From Mobula hypostoma (taxonomy: Eukaryota): a stretch of DNA of 64,000 bases. The position numbers and the translations under genes are program-made. The DNA is taken from assembly GCF_963921235.1 (NCBI RefSeq), contig NC_086107.1:104410001-104474000 (forward strand), in the 5' to 3' direction. Positions 11,096-24,187 of this stretch are shown here, piece by piece. Each line of letters begins with the position of its first letter. Position 1 is the first letter of the stretch. The notes beneath the pieces were generated by a model, which was given only the letters and a program-made list of their open reading frames with translations, ran no database searches and was not told the origin of the DNA.

Positions 11096-12059
11096 TGAGG
11101 ACAAGACGTAGCTACGGGACTGGATGTGGCTAGGCTACAGGACTGGATAAGGTACTCCAGCACAGGATGAGGAATCTCCAGCACCGGGCTGGACAAGGAA
11201 CTCCTGGGCTGGGCGAGGCACCGGAACTAGATGAGGACACAAAGTCAGATTTGGACAGGGCTGGAACACGGCGCCTGGACTTGGTCTTGGAACATAGGAA
11301 CACAGAGCCTTGGGTGTGGACTGGACGAGGTACTCCAGGGCAGAACTTGGCTCTTGGACTAGGTTTTGCTCGGCTCTTGGACTCAGCTTGGTTAGGCTCT
11401 TGGGTATGGAGCCGGGACTCCTCCTTGGAGCGCAGGGCCGGGATGCTTTCTAGGACGCAGGGCCGGGACCCTTTCTAGGACACAAAGCCAGTATGACTGC
11501 CGAGGGACTCTTGGACTGGACGAGAACACGAAGCCTTGACTTGGACAGGACTGGAACACGGCGCCTGGAACCTGGAACACAGAACACAGAGCCGGGACCC
11601 TTCCTTGGGAACAGGACTTAGGGCCGGGACTCTTCTTTGACACGGACACTAAACACGGGGACACAAGGAGGTAGTTCCAAACTCACCGATAGATAGTTCC
11701 TTATCTTGGTGTGGCAAGGCTCCGGCCTCACTCCGGCAGTTGAACTTGACAGGGATGCAGGCGAAGCTTCAGGTGGAAGGGGAAGGGAACAGTCCAGCCC
11801 AAAACGGGAATCAGGTGCCTCAATTAAGGCACCCCATGGAACAAGGGAAAACAGGAAAACCTGGAATAAGGAATCCACGGACCAGACCATGGCAGATTCA
11901 GCTTGCACCATTTCACAAAGTCCTCCACTAGGTCTCTGTATTCATCCTCCAATCTGCAGATACAACAGTTTTGTATCTAAAGTCCAAGGTATACAGGATG
12001 AACAAGAACGGAGCCAATACAGACCTCAGTGCAGTGGTGGGGGGGGGGGCGGGGGGGGG

Positions 12060-12535
12060 GGAGGCGCTACTGCACAGGACCGAAAGAAGCTACAGAGAGT
12101 CATAAAATTACTTGGCTCCATCATAGGTACTAGCTCCCGTAGTATCCAAGATACCTTCGAGGAGCGGTACCTCAGGAAGGCGGCGTCCATTATTAAAGAC
12201 CCCTATCACCCAGGACATGCCCTCTTTTCATTGTTACCATTGGGAAGGAGGTACAGAAGCCTGAAGGCACACGCTCAGCGATTCAGAAACAGCTTCTTCC
12301 CCTCTGCCATCCAATTGCTAAATGGACATTGAACCCATGAACACTACCTCACTTTTTCATTATTTCTGTTTTTGCACTATTTTTAATCTATTCAATATAC
12401 ATATATATATATACAGTACTTAATGTAATTGATTTATTTATTCCTTTCTATATTATGTATTACATTAAACTGCTGCTGCTAAGTTAACAAATTTCACCAC
12501 ACATTATGGTGATAATAAACCTGATTTTGATTCAG
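12060..12535 (+). mobile_element. Rex1/Babar-like LINE 3' end
   Basis: KAASIIKDPYHPGHALFSLLP.GRRYRS...RFRNSFFPSAI. Many further copies, e.g. ~23670-24630, 26440-26930, 33700-34070, 35530-35830, 52040-52880, 62295-62715. Confidence 0.85.
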
Positions 12536-13547
12536 AGAGTTTTGTAATTAGTAGATCTAATAATAAAGTGCCAGTGGACATGGTGTATTTGAATTTTCAG
12601 AATGCTTTTCTGAATACTATAAGTGTGAAAATTTTTTTTTAAAAAAACAAGAGAATGGGGGCAATTTAGGAGCAAGGTTCCAGATCGGTTGACAGCCAAA
12701 CAGAATAGGAATAAATGGGTCATTTTTGGGATGGCAGGCAGTGCCTAATGAGGCTCTAAAGACCCCAGTGCTGACCCTTGTGGGCAGTGTTTGAGCTCCA
12801 CCTGTTCACAATAGATACCATTTTCGTGGAGGAGCCACAAAAGTGTTACAATGCAACACAAAGACGTAAGATCCTGCAGATGTTAGAAATCCAGAGTAAG
12901 ACACACACACACAAAATGCTGGAGGAACTCAGCAGGCCAGACAGCATCTATGGAGGGGAATAGACAGTCGGCGTTCAGGTTCTTGGCCCGAAATAGTGAC
13001 TGATTATTTTTCTCCATAGATGCTGCCTGACCTGCCGAGTTACTCCAACAAACAACAGAAGCAAGCGAACTATTTCCAGCTTTCCCAGTCAGATATAACC
13101 AGACGGAGTTGTGAGGGCAAATGACAATATTTTTCAAGGCAACGTAGACAAGTTGAGTGGGCAAATGTAGCATAACATTAGCTAGGAAATACAGGTGGGG
13201 GAGCCATTGCACTGGGAAAAAGTTGACATATAAAGGAATTTGGGTATACAACAGTAACTGAAAACAAAGATGCAGAAGCAGAAAAACAGTTTAAAAGGCG
13301 AGAGGACAGGAGTACAAGACAAGGATGTTGCATTACAAATATAAAGATTTGCATGAAAACATTTCTAGAGTATTATGAACAATTTTGGTCTCCTTACCAA
13401 CAAAGTGCTTGCCTCGCATTCAGCAGAATGATTCCTGGGCTGGTGGGATTGCTGTATGTGGAGGGATTGGGTTGGACCAGACTTGATTTCACAAGATGAG
13501 GTTTGAAGAATGTGAGGAGACCTCAATGAAACATGCAAAATCCTTTC

Positions 13548-14467
13548 TTTCTTTTCAAATCTTTTTATTATTATTATTATCCAAAATTAACACGAGTACA
13601 TCTAAGTAAGCAACACTTACAATGTCTCAAGAAAAAAAAACATTATTTTAAAGATTGAAAATTTTTGGTGATAGTTAAAAAAGGAGTAGCGGACCGCATG
13701 ACCCAATTTACATCGGTGGTGCACAAGTGGAACAGGTCAAAAGGTTTAAGTTCCTCGGGGTCAATATTACAAATGACCTGACTTGGTCCAACCAAGCAGA
13801 GTTCACTGCCAAGAAGGCCCACCAGTGCCTTTACTTCCTGAGAAATCTAAAGAAATTTGGCCTGTCCCCTAAAACCTTCACTAATTTTTAAAGATTCACC
13901 GTAGAAAGCATTCTTCTAGGATGCATCACAACCTGGTACGGAAGTTGTCCTGTCCAAGACCAGAAGATCGTGAACACGGCGCAGCACATCACACAAACCA
14001 ATCTTCTGTCCGTGGACTCACTTTACACTGCACGCTGTTGGAGCAGTGCTGCCAGGATAATCAAGGACACGACCCACCCAGCTAACACACCTTTCGTCCC
14101 TCTTCCCTCCGGGAGAAGGCTCAGGAGCTTGAAGACTCGTACGGCCAGATTTGGGAACAGCTTCTTTCCAACTGTGATAAGACTGCTGAACGGATCCCGA
14201 CCCGGATCTGGGCCGTACCCTCCAAATATCCGGATCTGCCTCTCGGTTTTTTTGCACTACCTTACTTTCCATTTATCTATTTTCCATTTATGAATTATAA
14301 TTTAAATTTTTAATATCTACTATCGACTTGTAATCCAGGGAGCGGGAAGCGCAGAATCAAATATCGCTGTGATGATTGTACGTTCTAGTATCAATTCTTT
14401 GGCGACAATAAAGTATATATAAAAAAAAACCCTACTAAGCAACATTTTTGTTGATAGTTAAAATCCC
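13548..14467. mobile_element. Poly-T-led LINE 3' remnant with a nested Rex1/Babar copy (~13690-14415), inserted in an old CR1
   Basis: 14-bp TSD TGCAAAATCCTTTC at 13534-13547 and 14468-14481; internal ORF IIKDTTHPAN..LPSGRR..RFGNSFFP. Confidence 0.75.
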
Positions 14468-15032
14468 TGCAAAATCCTTTCAGCGCATTAATAGGTTGGA
14501 TGCAGAGAGGCTGTTTCCCATGACTAGAGAGAGAGAGGGGATCCAGGACAGGGATGATTCAGCAGAGACCAAACATTCTCTCCTCAACCCTCTCCCACCA
14601 GGCAGAAGGTACAAAAACCTGAAAGCACGTACTGCCAGGTTCAAGGACAGTTCTTATCCCACTGTATCAGGCTCTTGAACTGATCTCCTGCATGATAAGA
14701 TGACTCTTGGCCTCACAATCTGTCTCATTATGATCCTGCAAATCATTGTACCGCACTTTTTCTGTAGTGTTTACACTTTATCCTGCATTGTTATTGTTTT
14801 ACCTCATTCTAGCTCAATGCTCTGTGCAATGATTTGATCTGTTTATTCTGTATGCAAGACAAGCTTTTCACTGTGACAATTATAAACTGATATGGGATAG
14901 GAAATTTTAGACTAGAATGAGGAGAAATTCCTTCGGACAGGATGGTGAACGTGTGGAACTCTCTGACACGGAAGATAGTGGAGGCTAGGTCACTGAATGT
15001 ATTTAAGAGCGAGAAAGAAGGATTCTAGACAC

Positions 15033-16272
15033 AATGAAATGAAATATCTTTATTGTCATTGCATAGTACGATTTGTCATGCACCAATACAGCGAAAATGA
15101 GTTTGCAACTCTCGTACTCAATGCTATAAAACAACAAATAAAATAAATAAACAATAAATAAAATCAATTAACCAGCCAGTACAAGCAATATCCAACAGTA
15201 CAAAAGAGCGACTCAGATAGACAATAGACAATAGGTGCAGGCGTAGGCCATTCGGCCCTTTGAGCCAGCACCGCCATTCAGTGTGATCATGACTGATCAT
15301 CCACAATCAGTATCCACTTCCCGCCTTATCCCCATAACCTTTGATTCCGCTATCTTTAAGAGCTCTATCCATCTCTTTCTTGAAAGTATCCAGAGAATTG
15401 GCCTCCACAGCCTTCTGGGGCAGAGCATTCCATATATCCACCACTCTCTGGGTGAAAAAGTTTTTCCTCAACTCCATTCTAAATGGTCTACCCCTTATTC
15501 TTAAACTGTGGCCTCTAGTTCTGGACTCCCCCAACATCAGGAACATGTTTCCTGCCTCTAGCGTGTCCAATCCCTTAATAATCTTATATGTTTCAATAAG
15601 ATCCCCTCTCAGCCTTCTAAATTCCAGAGTATACAAGCCCAGTCGCTCCCATCTTTCGACATATGACAGTCCCGCCATCCCGGGAATTAACCTTGTGAAC
15701 CTATGCTGCACTCTCTCGATAGCAAGAATGTCCCTCCTCAAATTTGGAGACCAAAACTGCACACAGTACTCCAGGTGTGGTCTCACCAGGGCCCTGTACA
15801 GCTGCAGAAGGATCTCTTTGCTCTTATACTCAATTCCCCCTGTTATGAAGGCCAGCATGACAGCCATAGTATTAAAGTAGCAATATAACAATTTATGGAT
15901 GATGCTTGATTGATTGGTTCAGAGCAATTATAGCCCTGGGGAAAAAGCTATTTTTCAGTGTGGAAGTGCGGGCATAGAAAATCTTATAACGTCTGCCAGA
16001 TGGAAGAAGTTCAAACAGATGATTGCATGGGTGTGTATTGTCCTTACAGATGCTTGTAGCTTTCCTTAGGCAGCGAGAGCTGTAGGTGTCCTCCAGGGCT
16101 GGGAGCTATGTCCCAATGATCTTCTGTACGCTAGAGACGACCCGCTGAAGTGCTTTCCTATCAGCGGCTGTACAACTGAGATACCACACAGAGAGGCAGT
16201 ATGATAAGATGCTCTCTATGGTGCAGCGGTAAATGATCACCAGCGTCTGTTCAGGTAGACCGGCTTTCTTCA
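15033..16272 (-). mobile_element. Rex1/Babar-like 3' fragment interrupted by CR1 (~15213-15858)
   Basis: Flanks match the uninterrupted copy at 31273-32095; the insert encodes LVRPHLEYCVQFWSP and has a (CTATTGT)n tail. Confidence 0.88.
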
Positions 16273-16334
16273 GTGGTATAAGGAGAAGATTGAGAATTTG
16301 TATTGAGATAGAGGATTAGTCGATGGTGTATTGA

Positions 16335-16540
16335 ATTAGCTGGCTGGTGGGGGAATGGCCTCCGCATTGGACTTCGAGGCCAGTGGTCCCGGGTTCGAAT
16401 CCGGCCGGCCTCTTTGCACGCTTTCCAACCGCGCTGGGCTGAGCATCGAGCTGGCAACTCGGCCTCGTCAAAACAGACAACTGTTAAAGAAACGGCAAGG
16501 CTACGGCCCGATGCGGCACAAGGCGCGGAAAGGAATAATG
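16335..16540 (+). mobile_element. tRNA-derived SINE
   Basis: tRNA-like head with B-box GGTTCGAATCC; related copy at ~27260-27420. Confidence 0.7.
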
Positions 16541-16619
16541 TATGTCATTATCTAAACTCATTGTACCAGACAATTGTAAGTGGTTTTTTTTGATGCAATG
16601 CACCAACAGCATAAACCTT

Positions 16620-19600
16620 CATCTTTAAAAATTGCATCAGTCAAATGTTTGAGGGACTCTTACACAGGGATCAGCCCCTCGGTCCGTTAACATCTGTACC
16701 CCTTCTACATGGAGTCTTTGCGGTGGCTGCACTGAGCTTCTGTGCCTGAGAACATCCTCATGCACCTTAGAACCCACAAGAGGCAGTGCATGGGTGAAAA
16801 GACTTTTCCTTATACTGGACAACAAATAAACACTTCCAAAAATAAATGTTATGTTATTTATATAAAATACGCACACGCGTAAAAACCACAGTGGATAACT
16901 CTTTACATTTGTGGAGTTCAGTCTATACACGCACAATGTTATCAGTTCAATATGTGGTAGTGATCCCGAGTTCTGTATACGTGGCACCATTGCCAATCAC
17001 GTGACACCCCTAGTGTGGTACAAACTAGTATTTTAAGGAGCTCCCACACCAAACCCAGCTCCTCAGGCAACACACGTCAAAGTTGCTGGTGAACGCAGCA
17101 GGCCAGGCAGCATCTCTAGGAAGAGGTACAGTCGACGTTTCAGGCCGAGACCCTTCGTCAGTCCTGAAGGGTCTCGGCCCGGAGGTCGACTTTACCTCTT
17201 CCTACAGGTGCTGCGTGTCACCAGCAACTTTTATGTGTGTTCCTCAGAGTTTTGTCTCGGTGCGCAGGTATCACGCGCGAAGACCTGTTCCCGGACATCT
17301 TTCAGTCATTCTCAGCCACCAGTAACGTGTTCTTGACAAACTCGAGGTGCGGGACACCCTCGGATGCCCAGCCAGGTTCGAAGCGTGTCCCCGGTTGAGC
17401 AGGTTCATCGGGGGGAGGGAGGCATTGCCCGGGTCTGCCCCATATTGTTCTGGGTTCAACGCACTATCAAGTCTATGTTCCAGCGGATGGGTGCCACTAC
17501 TCTGGAGCTGGGAATTAGAATTGATGAGCTCTTTTCCTCGGTATATGCTTCGAACTATCGTGAGGGGGCGGCCGGTTTTTGTTTTTTTTTAAATCCTGGG
17601 CGGTAAGTAATAAGGAAGTTGAACGAGAATAGGGATAATCGTGGCCGCATGGAATTCAGCCTCTTCGCGTCCGTGATGTAGGCTAAGTTTTTGTGGTTGG
17701 TCCGTACCACAAACGGACGTTTGGACCCGTCCACCAGTGCCCCCACTCCTCCAGTGGGAGTTTAACGGCCAACAATTCCCGATTCCTGATGGCAAACGAC
17801 ACAGGGAGCTGAACCGGGGGTGAGGCCAGCAACCGTCACTGCCCTCCCTCCGCTGGACGGTCCTGGGAGATTCCCGGCAGTTTGGAACGAGAGATCCGAT
17901 CATGTCCGGCCTCCCCACAGTAGACGCAGCACCTCTCCCTCCTTCTCCCTCTTTTGGCTCGGGAGAGCCGAGTCCGGTCCATTTGCCTCGGCTTCTCGGA
18001 GGCTGGGATCAGCGGCGATCGAGGAGGAGTCCGAGCCCGGGGAATGAGAGAGGACGGAGGAGAGCCGGGGGGAGAGTGTTCTCGGAATAATCCGCATCGT
18101 CTATCTCTTTTCCTTCCCGTTAATCGGTTATCGAGTGGAATCGCCAGGTACCCTAGACTCTCTAGATCCTCCACGGGGTCTCCGTCACTCAATCCCTTAT
18201 GGAACAGAACAGTTAGTGATGCCCTATTCCAACCGCTCTCTGTGGTGAAGGTACGGAATTCTATGGAATCATTGGCCACAGACCGATTCCCCAGCACGAT
18301 GGACAGCTTTACCGCAGACCCATGTCTTCCACCGGGTGATGGAACATCCCCTCCAACGCTTCTGGAAAGAGATCTGCACTGGCACAGGTGGGTGAAGTCT
18401 TCTCCCACAGTGTGCTGGCCCAGCAAGGGTTCTTCCAGTAAGGAGCGAGATGTTATAGGCTGCCTTACCGCGTTCCGATGGGAATTTGGTCGGCTGAAAC
18501 TCTAAGGCCAAGGAACTTTGTACCATGATGAATCCCAGGCGTATTTCGGGGTTACCGTCGAACTTCTCGGGAGCCGGTAGGTGCATCGATCCCTCAAGAG
18601 TACTGGCGGATCTTCAGCTTGAACTGCCCGGAATTGGCAGCCGCTCCGGCCGAACTAGCTCGGACCCCGTCTACCGGCGCCGGAGAGTTCTGGGGAACGG
18701 CAAGGATCTCCTGAGGAACGTTGACGTGTCTGCCCACGGTTGCTCCCTGATAGGACCATGCGGCTCCTGGACAGTCATTGTCTGCGGAGTTCGTAATGCC
18801 TCAATCGTGCTGTAACGAGAGAGATGGTGAACCCAAATGCCGAATAAGGTCTAGAATTAACTCAATATCAGACTCGAAATAAACAAGACGAGATAAACGG
18901 AATCCAAAACAGGAATTCTTACGATTAAGCGCTGACTGCTGCGCACGGGGCCTTTGAGCACAGATCCTCCATGAAGCCATGTGGCATTCTGAGTCTTAAA
19001 GGGACAGCGACAGGCACAGGGGAATTAGAGTGCTGAAACTTGGATGCCTGCCGCAGTTCAGTCGGGACCACGACACCAAGCTGTTCCGATGACCCATGAC
19101 AAGGGACCTTGCATCCTCCTCCAATCTTTTCCAATTCAGCAAAGACTTTTCCAATGCAACGCAAACCGGGACACGAGAGTGGGCACCGCTAGACTTCATG
19201 TGGAAACTGTCTGATTTGAGCTAACTCTGGATACCTGTGTAGAATAGTTGGATTTAATTTCTGCTTCCTACCCAAAGTCCGTTTTGGAGAGGGCATCCAT
19301 GGATGTGATATCCCACAGAAGGCCTTCTCCTGGTTCAAGATGACCTGACAGGGGTTCAGCCGTCTGCCCTGCACAAAGACAGTGATATCTCTTTGCACCT
19401 CAAAGACATCCCTGCCAGGTAATGCACGGGTTTGGTCCAGTGGATCATCTGTCCTAGAGCTGTTTGCAATGATCTTGGAGAGGATGTTGTAATCATCGTT
19501 CAACAGTGAAATGGGTCTCCAATTCCTACCGTCCTCCCTCTCCACTTCTGCTTGAGGGTGACGATACTCTTCATAGATCCTGGGCTCTGCCAATCAGAAG

Positions 19601-20340
19601 CAAAGCCTTCTCCCGGTGATCTTTAGTTCTTTAATGTCCCCTGGGACCAGCAGCTTGACGATCAGCTCCACATCCCCCTGCCTGCATTCCGGTCCTCCTG
19701 TGGGTGACAGGAGGCAGTGGTCAGAGAAGGGGCACGGGTGTGACCGTGACGGGCTCGGATGCGAAGAGGATTTCGGTCCGGGAGCGGGCTGACCCGTCCG
19801 TTCGCGACCAGATGGGTAGCGGCTGCGCTCCACCTGAATGGGTGCCGAAGGCGTCGCCCAGCCGGACAGTTTTGAGCGTTTCCCCCAGGAATCCGGAGTT
19901 GCTATAGATCCTCCAACCGCACTGACGTTGCAGTTGAAGTGTCCGGCCGGGACGTCGCCAGCTACCGCGGGACCCGCTGGAGGACGACCAGCGCTCGCTC
20001 CGCAGGAGCATGGTGTATCCATTGAGAGTGGAGAGTTTCAGTACATTGTGTCGGCCACCAGGAGACGCACTGCAGCTACCTCTGATGGGCGACTGAGAAG
20101 TCGCCTCCCCGCATCAAAGTCCCACGGCCGGAATCGCGATAGACATCGCTCCCAACCACAGCGCACAGACGCGCGGGGCCACCATGGTGACCAACTCCGA
20201 CAGCTGCGGGAGAGTCAAAGTCCGCACTCCCGTGAGCGCGTCACACCGGCCTTGACCTTGGCAAGGTACTGCGAGGCATTCCTTGCAACACTTCACGCTG
20301 AGCACGTTTAGTGATGGCAGGTTTACATCCATGATTGAGT
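16620..20340 (-). mobile_element. Degenerate Tx1/L1-clade LINE ORF2, interrupted by a Gypsy remnant
   Basis: EN start SLNVLSVK (~20320), GHFNC and FSDHCLL, RT NWRPISLLNDDYNILSKIIAN and LNQEKAF, C-terminal SKVHEDVLR (~16760). Confidence 0.7.
17270..18920 (-). mobile_element. Decayed sushi-like Ty3/Gypsy LTR retrotransposon (gag, RNase H, integrase remnants)
   Basis: gag LPAPEKFDGNP..ISLLTG; degenerate CCHC CVYCGEAGH; RNase H TNHKNLAYI..KRLN..ITYRPG; integrase HASNLAGHP..RYWW; LTR end TGTAAC at 18811. Confidence 0.85.
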
Positions 20341-21106
20341 TCTGGATCACAGTTCTCGTCCTGCGGTCCGATCTGTCATGCCCAAAACTTTGGTGAATTG
20401 CCTCACTTTCTGTGGGCCCGGGTACTGAGAACGGTCCTACGCCGGTGGTCGATGGTGCTGTTGAGTCGGGAGGAGGGGCGGTTAATGTCAAGGTGTGCGC
20501 TGGCAACATCGGAACCCGAGTGCAGGTGAAAGCCAGGTTCTTGATGGAGAAACAGCGAGGAGAGTTCATTCATAATAATCTCAGAAGAACACGGGCGGCT
20601 CGGCTTGAGCGACACTGCAAGAAGTAATATTCTCAAACCTAGGACCCCGATTAGCGCTAATCAGGCATCCGCTTGAATAATACGAGTAACACGGAATCCC
20701 TGAGCCTATCAAAATAAACGTAACAAGCTTAAACAGAAAGCACCAGGAGACCACATGACAAAGAGTGAGTCGCTCGAGAAAAAAAAAGACACAGGGGTAC
20801 CCTAAACGATTAATGACTCCCATTAAACTGCGATTAACTAACTCAGGTGCTCTGAAATCCTCGGAGGTCAATGCTGTCCGGTACCTCACAGTTGTTCTGT
20901 ATAAACAGTATTCAAGACAGGCTTTTCACTGTATCTTGGTAAGACAATAAAGGCATGGGAGCAGATTTAGTCCATCCAGCCTACGAGCCTGCTCTGCCAT
21001 TCCATCCTGTCTGATTTATTAACTCTCTCAACCCCTTTTCCTGCCTTCTCCTCGTAACCTTTGACGCCCTTACTAATCATAATCCTATCAAGCTCCGTTT
21101 TAAATA

Positions 21107-21383
21107 CACTCAGTGGCCACTTTATTAGGTACCTGCTGTAGGCCATCCACTTTGAAGTTCAATGTGTTGTGCATTCAGAGATGCTCTTCTGTACACCACT
21201 GTTGTAACGTGTGGTCATTTGAGTTACTGTTGCCTTCCCATCAGCTTAAACCAGTCTGGCCATTCTCCTCTAACCTCTTTCATTAACAAGACATTTCACT
21301 TACAGAACTGATGTACCACATGACTGCCTGGCTAGATATTTGTATTAACTAGCTGGTGTAACTAATAAAGTGGCCAATGTGTG
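21107..21383. mobile_element. Tc1-derived MITE
   Basis: TA + CACTCAGTGGCCACTTTATT left TIR; AATAAAGTGGCCAATGTGTG right TIR; same family as 34749-35315. Confidence 0.85.
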
Positions 21384-21598
21384 TGACCCAATTACTTGGC
21401 TACCAAAGCCATCTGTGGCAATGAATACCATGGATTCATCACCCTCTGGCTATAGAAATTCCTCCTCATCCCCATCCTAAATGGACATCCCTCTATTCTG
21501 AGGCTGTGTCCCCAGTATCAGAATCCCCCACCATAGGAAACATCCGCTCCACATCCACTCTATGAAGGCCTTTCAATAATTAAAAGGCTTCAATGAAA

Positions 21599-22385
21599 TT
21601 CTCCATTCTCCATTCTCATTCTCCATTCTCATTCTCATTCTCATTCTCCATTCTCCATTCTCATTCTCCATTCTCAATCTCCATTCTCATTCTCCATTCT
21701 CATTCTCCATTCTCAATCTCATTCTCATTCTCCATTCTCATTCTCATTCTTATTCTCCATTCTCATTCTTATTCTCCATTCTCAATCTCATTCTCCATTC
21801 TCATTCTCATTCTCCATTTTCCATTCTCATTCTCCATTCTCATTCTCATTCTTATTCTCCATTCTCAATCTCATTCTCCATTCTCATTCCCCATTTTCCA
21901 TTCTCATTCTCCACTCTCATTCTTATTCTCCATTCTCATTCTCCATTCTCAATCTCATTCTCATTCTCCGTTCTCCATTCTCATTCTCCATTCTCAATCT
22001 CATTCTCATTCTCCATTCTCCATTCTCATTCTCCATTCTCCATACTTTTTCTCCATTCTCATTCTCATTCTCCATTCTCATTCTCCATTCTCCATTCTCA
22101 TTCTCCATTCTCATTCTCCATTCTCAATCTCATTCTCATTCTCCATTCTCATTCTTATTCTCCATTCTCATTCTCATTCTCCATTCTCAATCTCATTCTC
22201 ATTCTCCATTCTCAGTCTCATTCTCATTCTCCATTCTCATTCTCATTCTCCATTCTCAATCTCATTCTCATTCTCATTCTCCATTCTCAATCTCATTCTC
22301 ATTCTCCATTCTCATTCTCATTCTCCATTCTCATTCTCATTCTCATTCTCCATTCTCATTCTCATTCTCCATTCTCATTATTCTA
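21599..22385. repeat. (ATTCTC/ATTCTCC)n simple-repeat array inside a CR1 remnant
   Basis: About 790 bp of mixed 6- and 7-mers; CR1 sequence continues on both sides. Confidence 0.97.
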
Positions 22386-24187
22386 AACTCTGGTAAGTAC
22401 AGGTTCAAAGCCAACAAATGCTCCTCATAACCATTTCATTCCTGGGATGATTCTCGTGATCCTCCTCTGGATCCTCTCCAATGCCAGCACATCCTCTCTT
22501 ATATAAAGGTCTCAAAACTCCTCACAATGCTCCAAGTGACACTCACCAATTCATTGAAAGCTGCAATGGGATTCCAGCATCTGCCCCTTTGCCATAGGAA
22601 TAACATGGGATAATTGTTTGCGTTATTGGATATTGGCTTGGTGTTTTGACCATAGCTGTACCCACGAGAGGGACACTAGGGTGGATAAAGAAGCCACTTG
22701 AATAAGCTATCTCCTGGTATTTGGAGGTCGCCTCTCACCCCGGGCCAGTGTATAATCAGGTACTCCAAACACAAAGGAGTCTTGGCAGTCACCCAGTACT
22801 GAGATAGGAAGACTATTTATACAGTCAAGATGCTCTAAAGCATTTTAACAGGAATTAATTACTTTGTAAATGTAGTCACAAGAGAATCTGCAGATAAATC
22901 CAGAGCAACACACACAAAATGCTGGAGGAGCTCAGCAGGTCAGGCAGCATCTATGGAGAGTCTTTAAAAAGTCTAGGTTTCAGGCCAAGTTCTTTCATAA
23001 AGATTCTTTCATCAGGTTTATAATTGTAGTGACTTGTAGTGAAGGAGTCTGCCTACTAACCTGTGCACAGATAAATCCCATTACCATCACCTGAATGATG
23101 AAGTGACCAGAATTGAACACAGTACTTCAAGTGGGGTCTAACTAAGGTCTTTTATAGCTGTAACATTACCTCACGGCTCTTGAACTCAATCCCACAGTTG
23201 ATGAAGGCCAACACACCATACGCCTTCTTAACATCTAATTCTGCTGTTGATTAAAGGGATACCATGAAGAAACTCCTCTGAATTTCTTCAAAGAGCACCT
23301 AATGGAAGATTTTTTTTTACAGTCACCTCTTCACCTAAAAAAAAACAGATAAAAAATAGAGCAGCACCTCAGCTTTGTATGGAGACATCAGCCTGTACCT
23401 TCCCCGTTCCATCTACCACCATGGGCCTTGAACCCACAAATTCTGGGTCAGAGGCACAAACCCCTGAGCCATAGCCGACAGTGACGAGAATCTCACAATG
23501 CCAGCAGGTTGCCGTGGCTGGTGTCTGGGGGTCAGTGTTTGATTTACCTGCTGGGTAGGCTTGATTTCCTATTCCTCTTCCTGGAGGTTTTTCACTCTCA
23601 AGCACGGTGCCATAAAACCTACACGACTGGACAATCTCTAAAGCTAATCATCTGCAAACAAATGTAGAGGATTATCAAGGAATTGGTTGTGGACTTCAGG
23701 AAGGGAAAGTCAAGAGGTCTCATGCCAGCCCTCATCGAGGGATCAGCGGAGGAAAGAGTGGGCAGCTTCGAGTTCCTGGGTGTCAACAGCTCCGAGGATC
23801 TGACCTGGACCCAACACTTTGATACAACCACGGCGAAGGCAGACCTGTGGCTAAATTTCATTAGGAGTTTGAGGAGATTTGGTATGGCACAAGAGACTGC
23901 CAGATTTCTGCAGATGCACTGTGGAGGGGGTTCAGAATGATTGCATGACTGTCTGGTATAGGAGCCCTAATACAAGAGAGTGCAGAGGGCTGTAGCCTCA
24001 ACTATCACAGGCACAACCCTCCCCACCAGTGAGGACATCTTCAAAACACAATATCTCAAGAAGGCAGCATCCACTATTAAGGACCCTTACCATCCAGCAG
24101 ATGACATCTTCTCATTACTGCCATCAGGGAGGAAGTACAGGAGTCTGAAGACCCACACTCAATGTTTTAGGATATCTTCTCCTCTAC

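Larger units (their letters stand above)
7565..11894 (-). mobile_element. Gypsy-type solo LTR carrying nested CR1 and Penelope insertions
   Basis: TGTCAT...CATGGCA termini flanked by a perfect 5-bp TSD GATTC (7560-7564, 11895-11899); ends are homologous to 43934-45841. Confidence 0.85.
6868..12030 (-). mobile_element. Rex1/Babar-like LINE split by the 7565-11894 insertion
   Basis: The RT-type reading (LVEDFVKWCKLNH / IVSKTREMV) is continuous across the GATTC TSD; ORF 7110-7322 has FAVVCWG. Confidence 0.8.

Noticed and set aside
17836..18586. Domesticated PEG10/RTL-like gag gene
   Set aside because: Frameshifts, broken CCHC knuckle, and protease/RT deleted.
21593..22396. 267-aa ILHSHSPFS ORF
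   Set aside because: Simple-repeat artefact.
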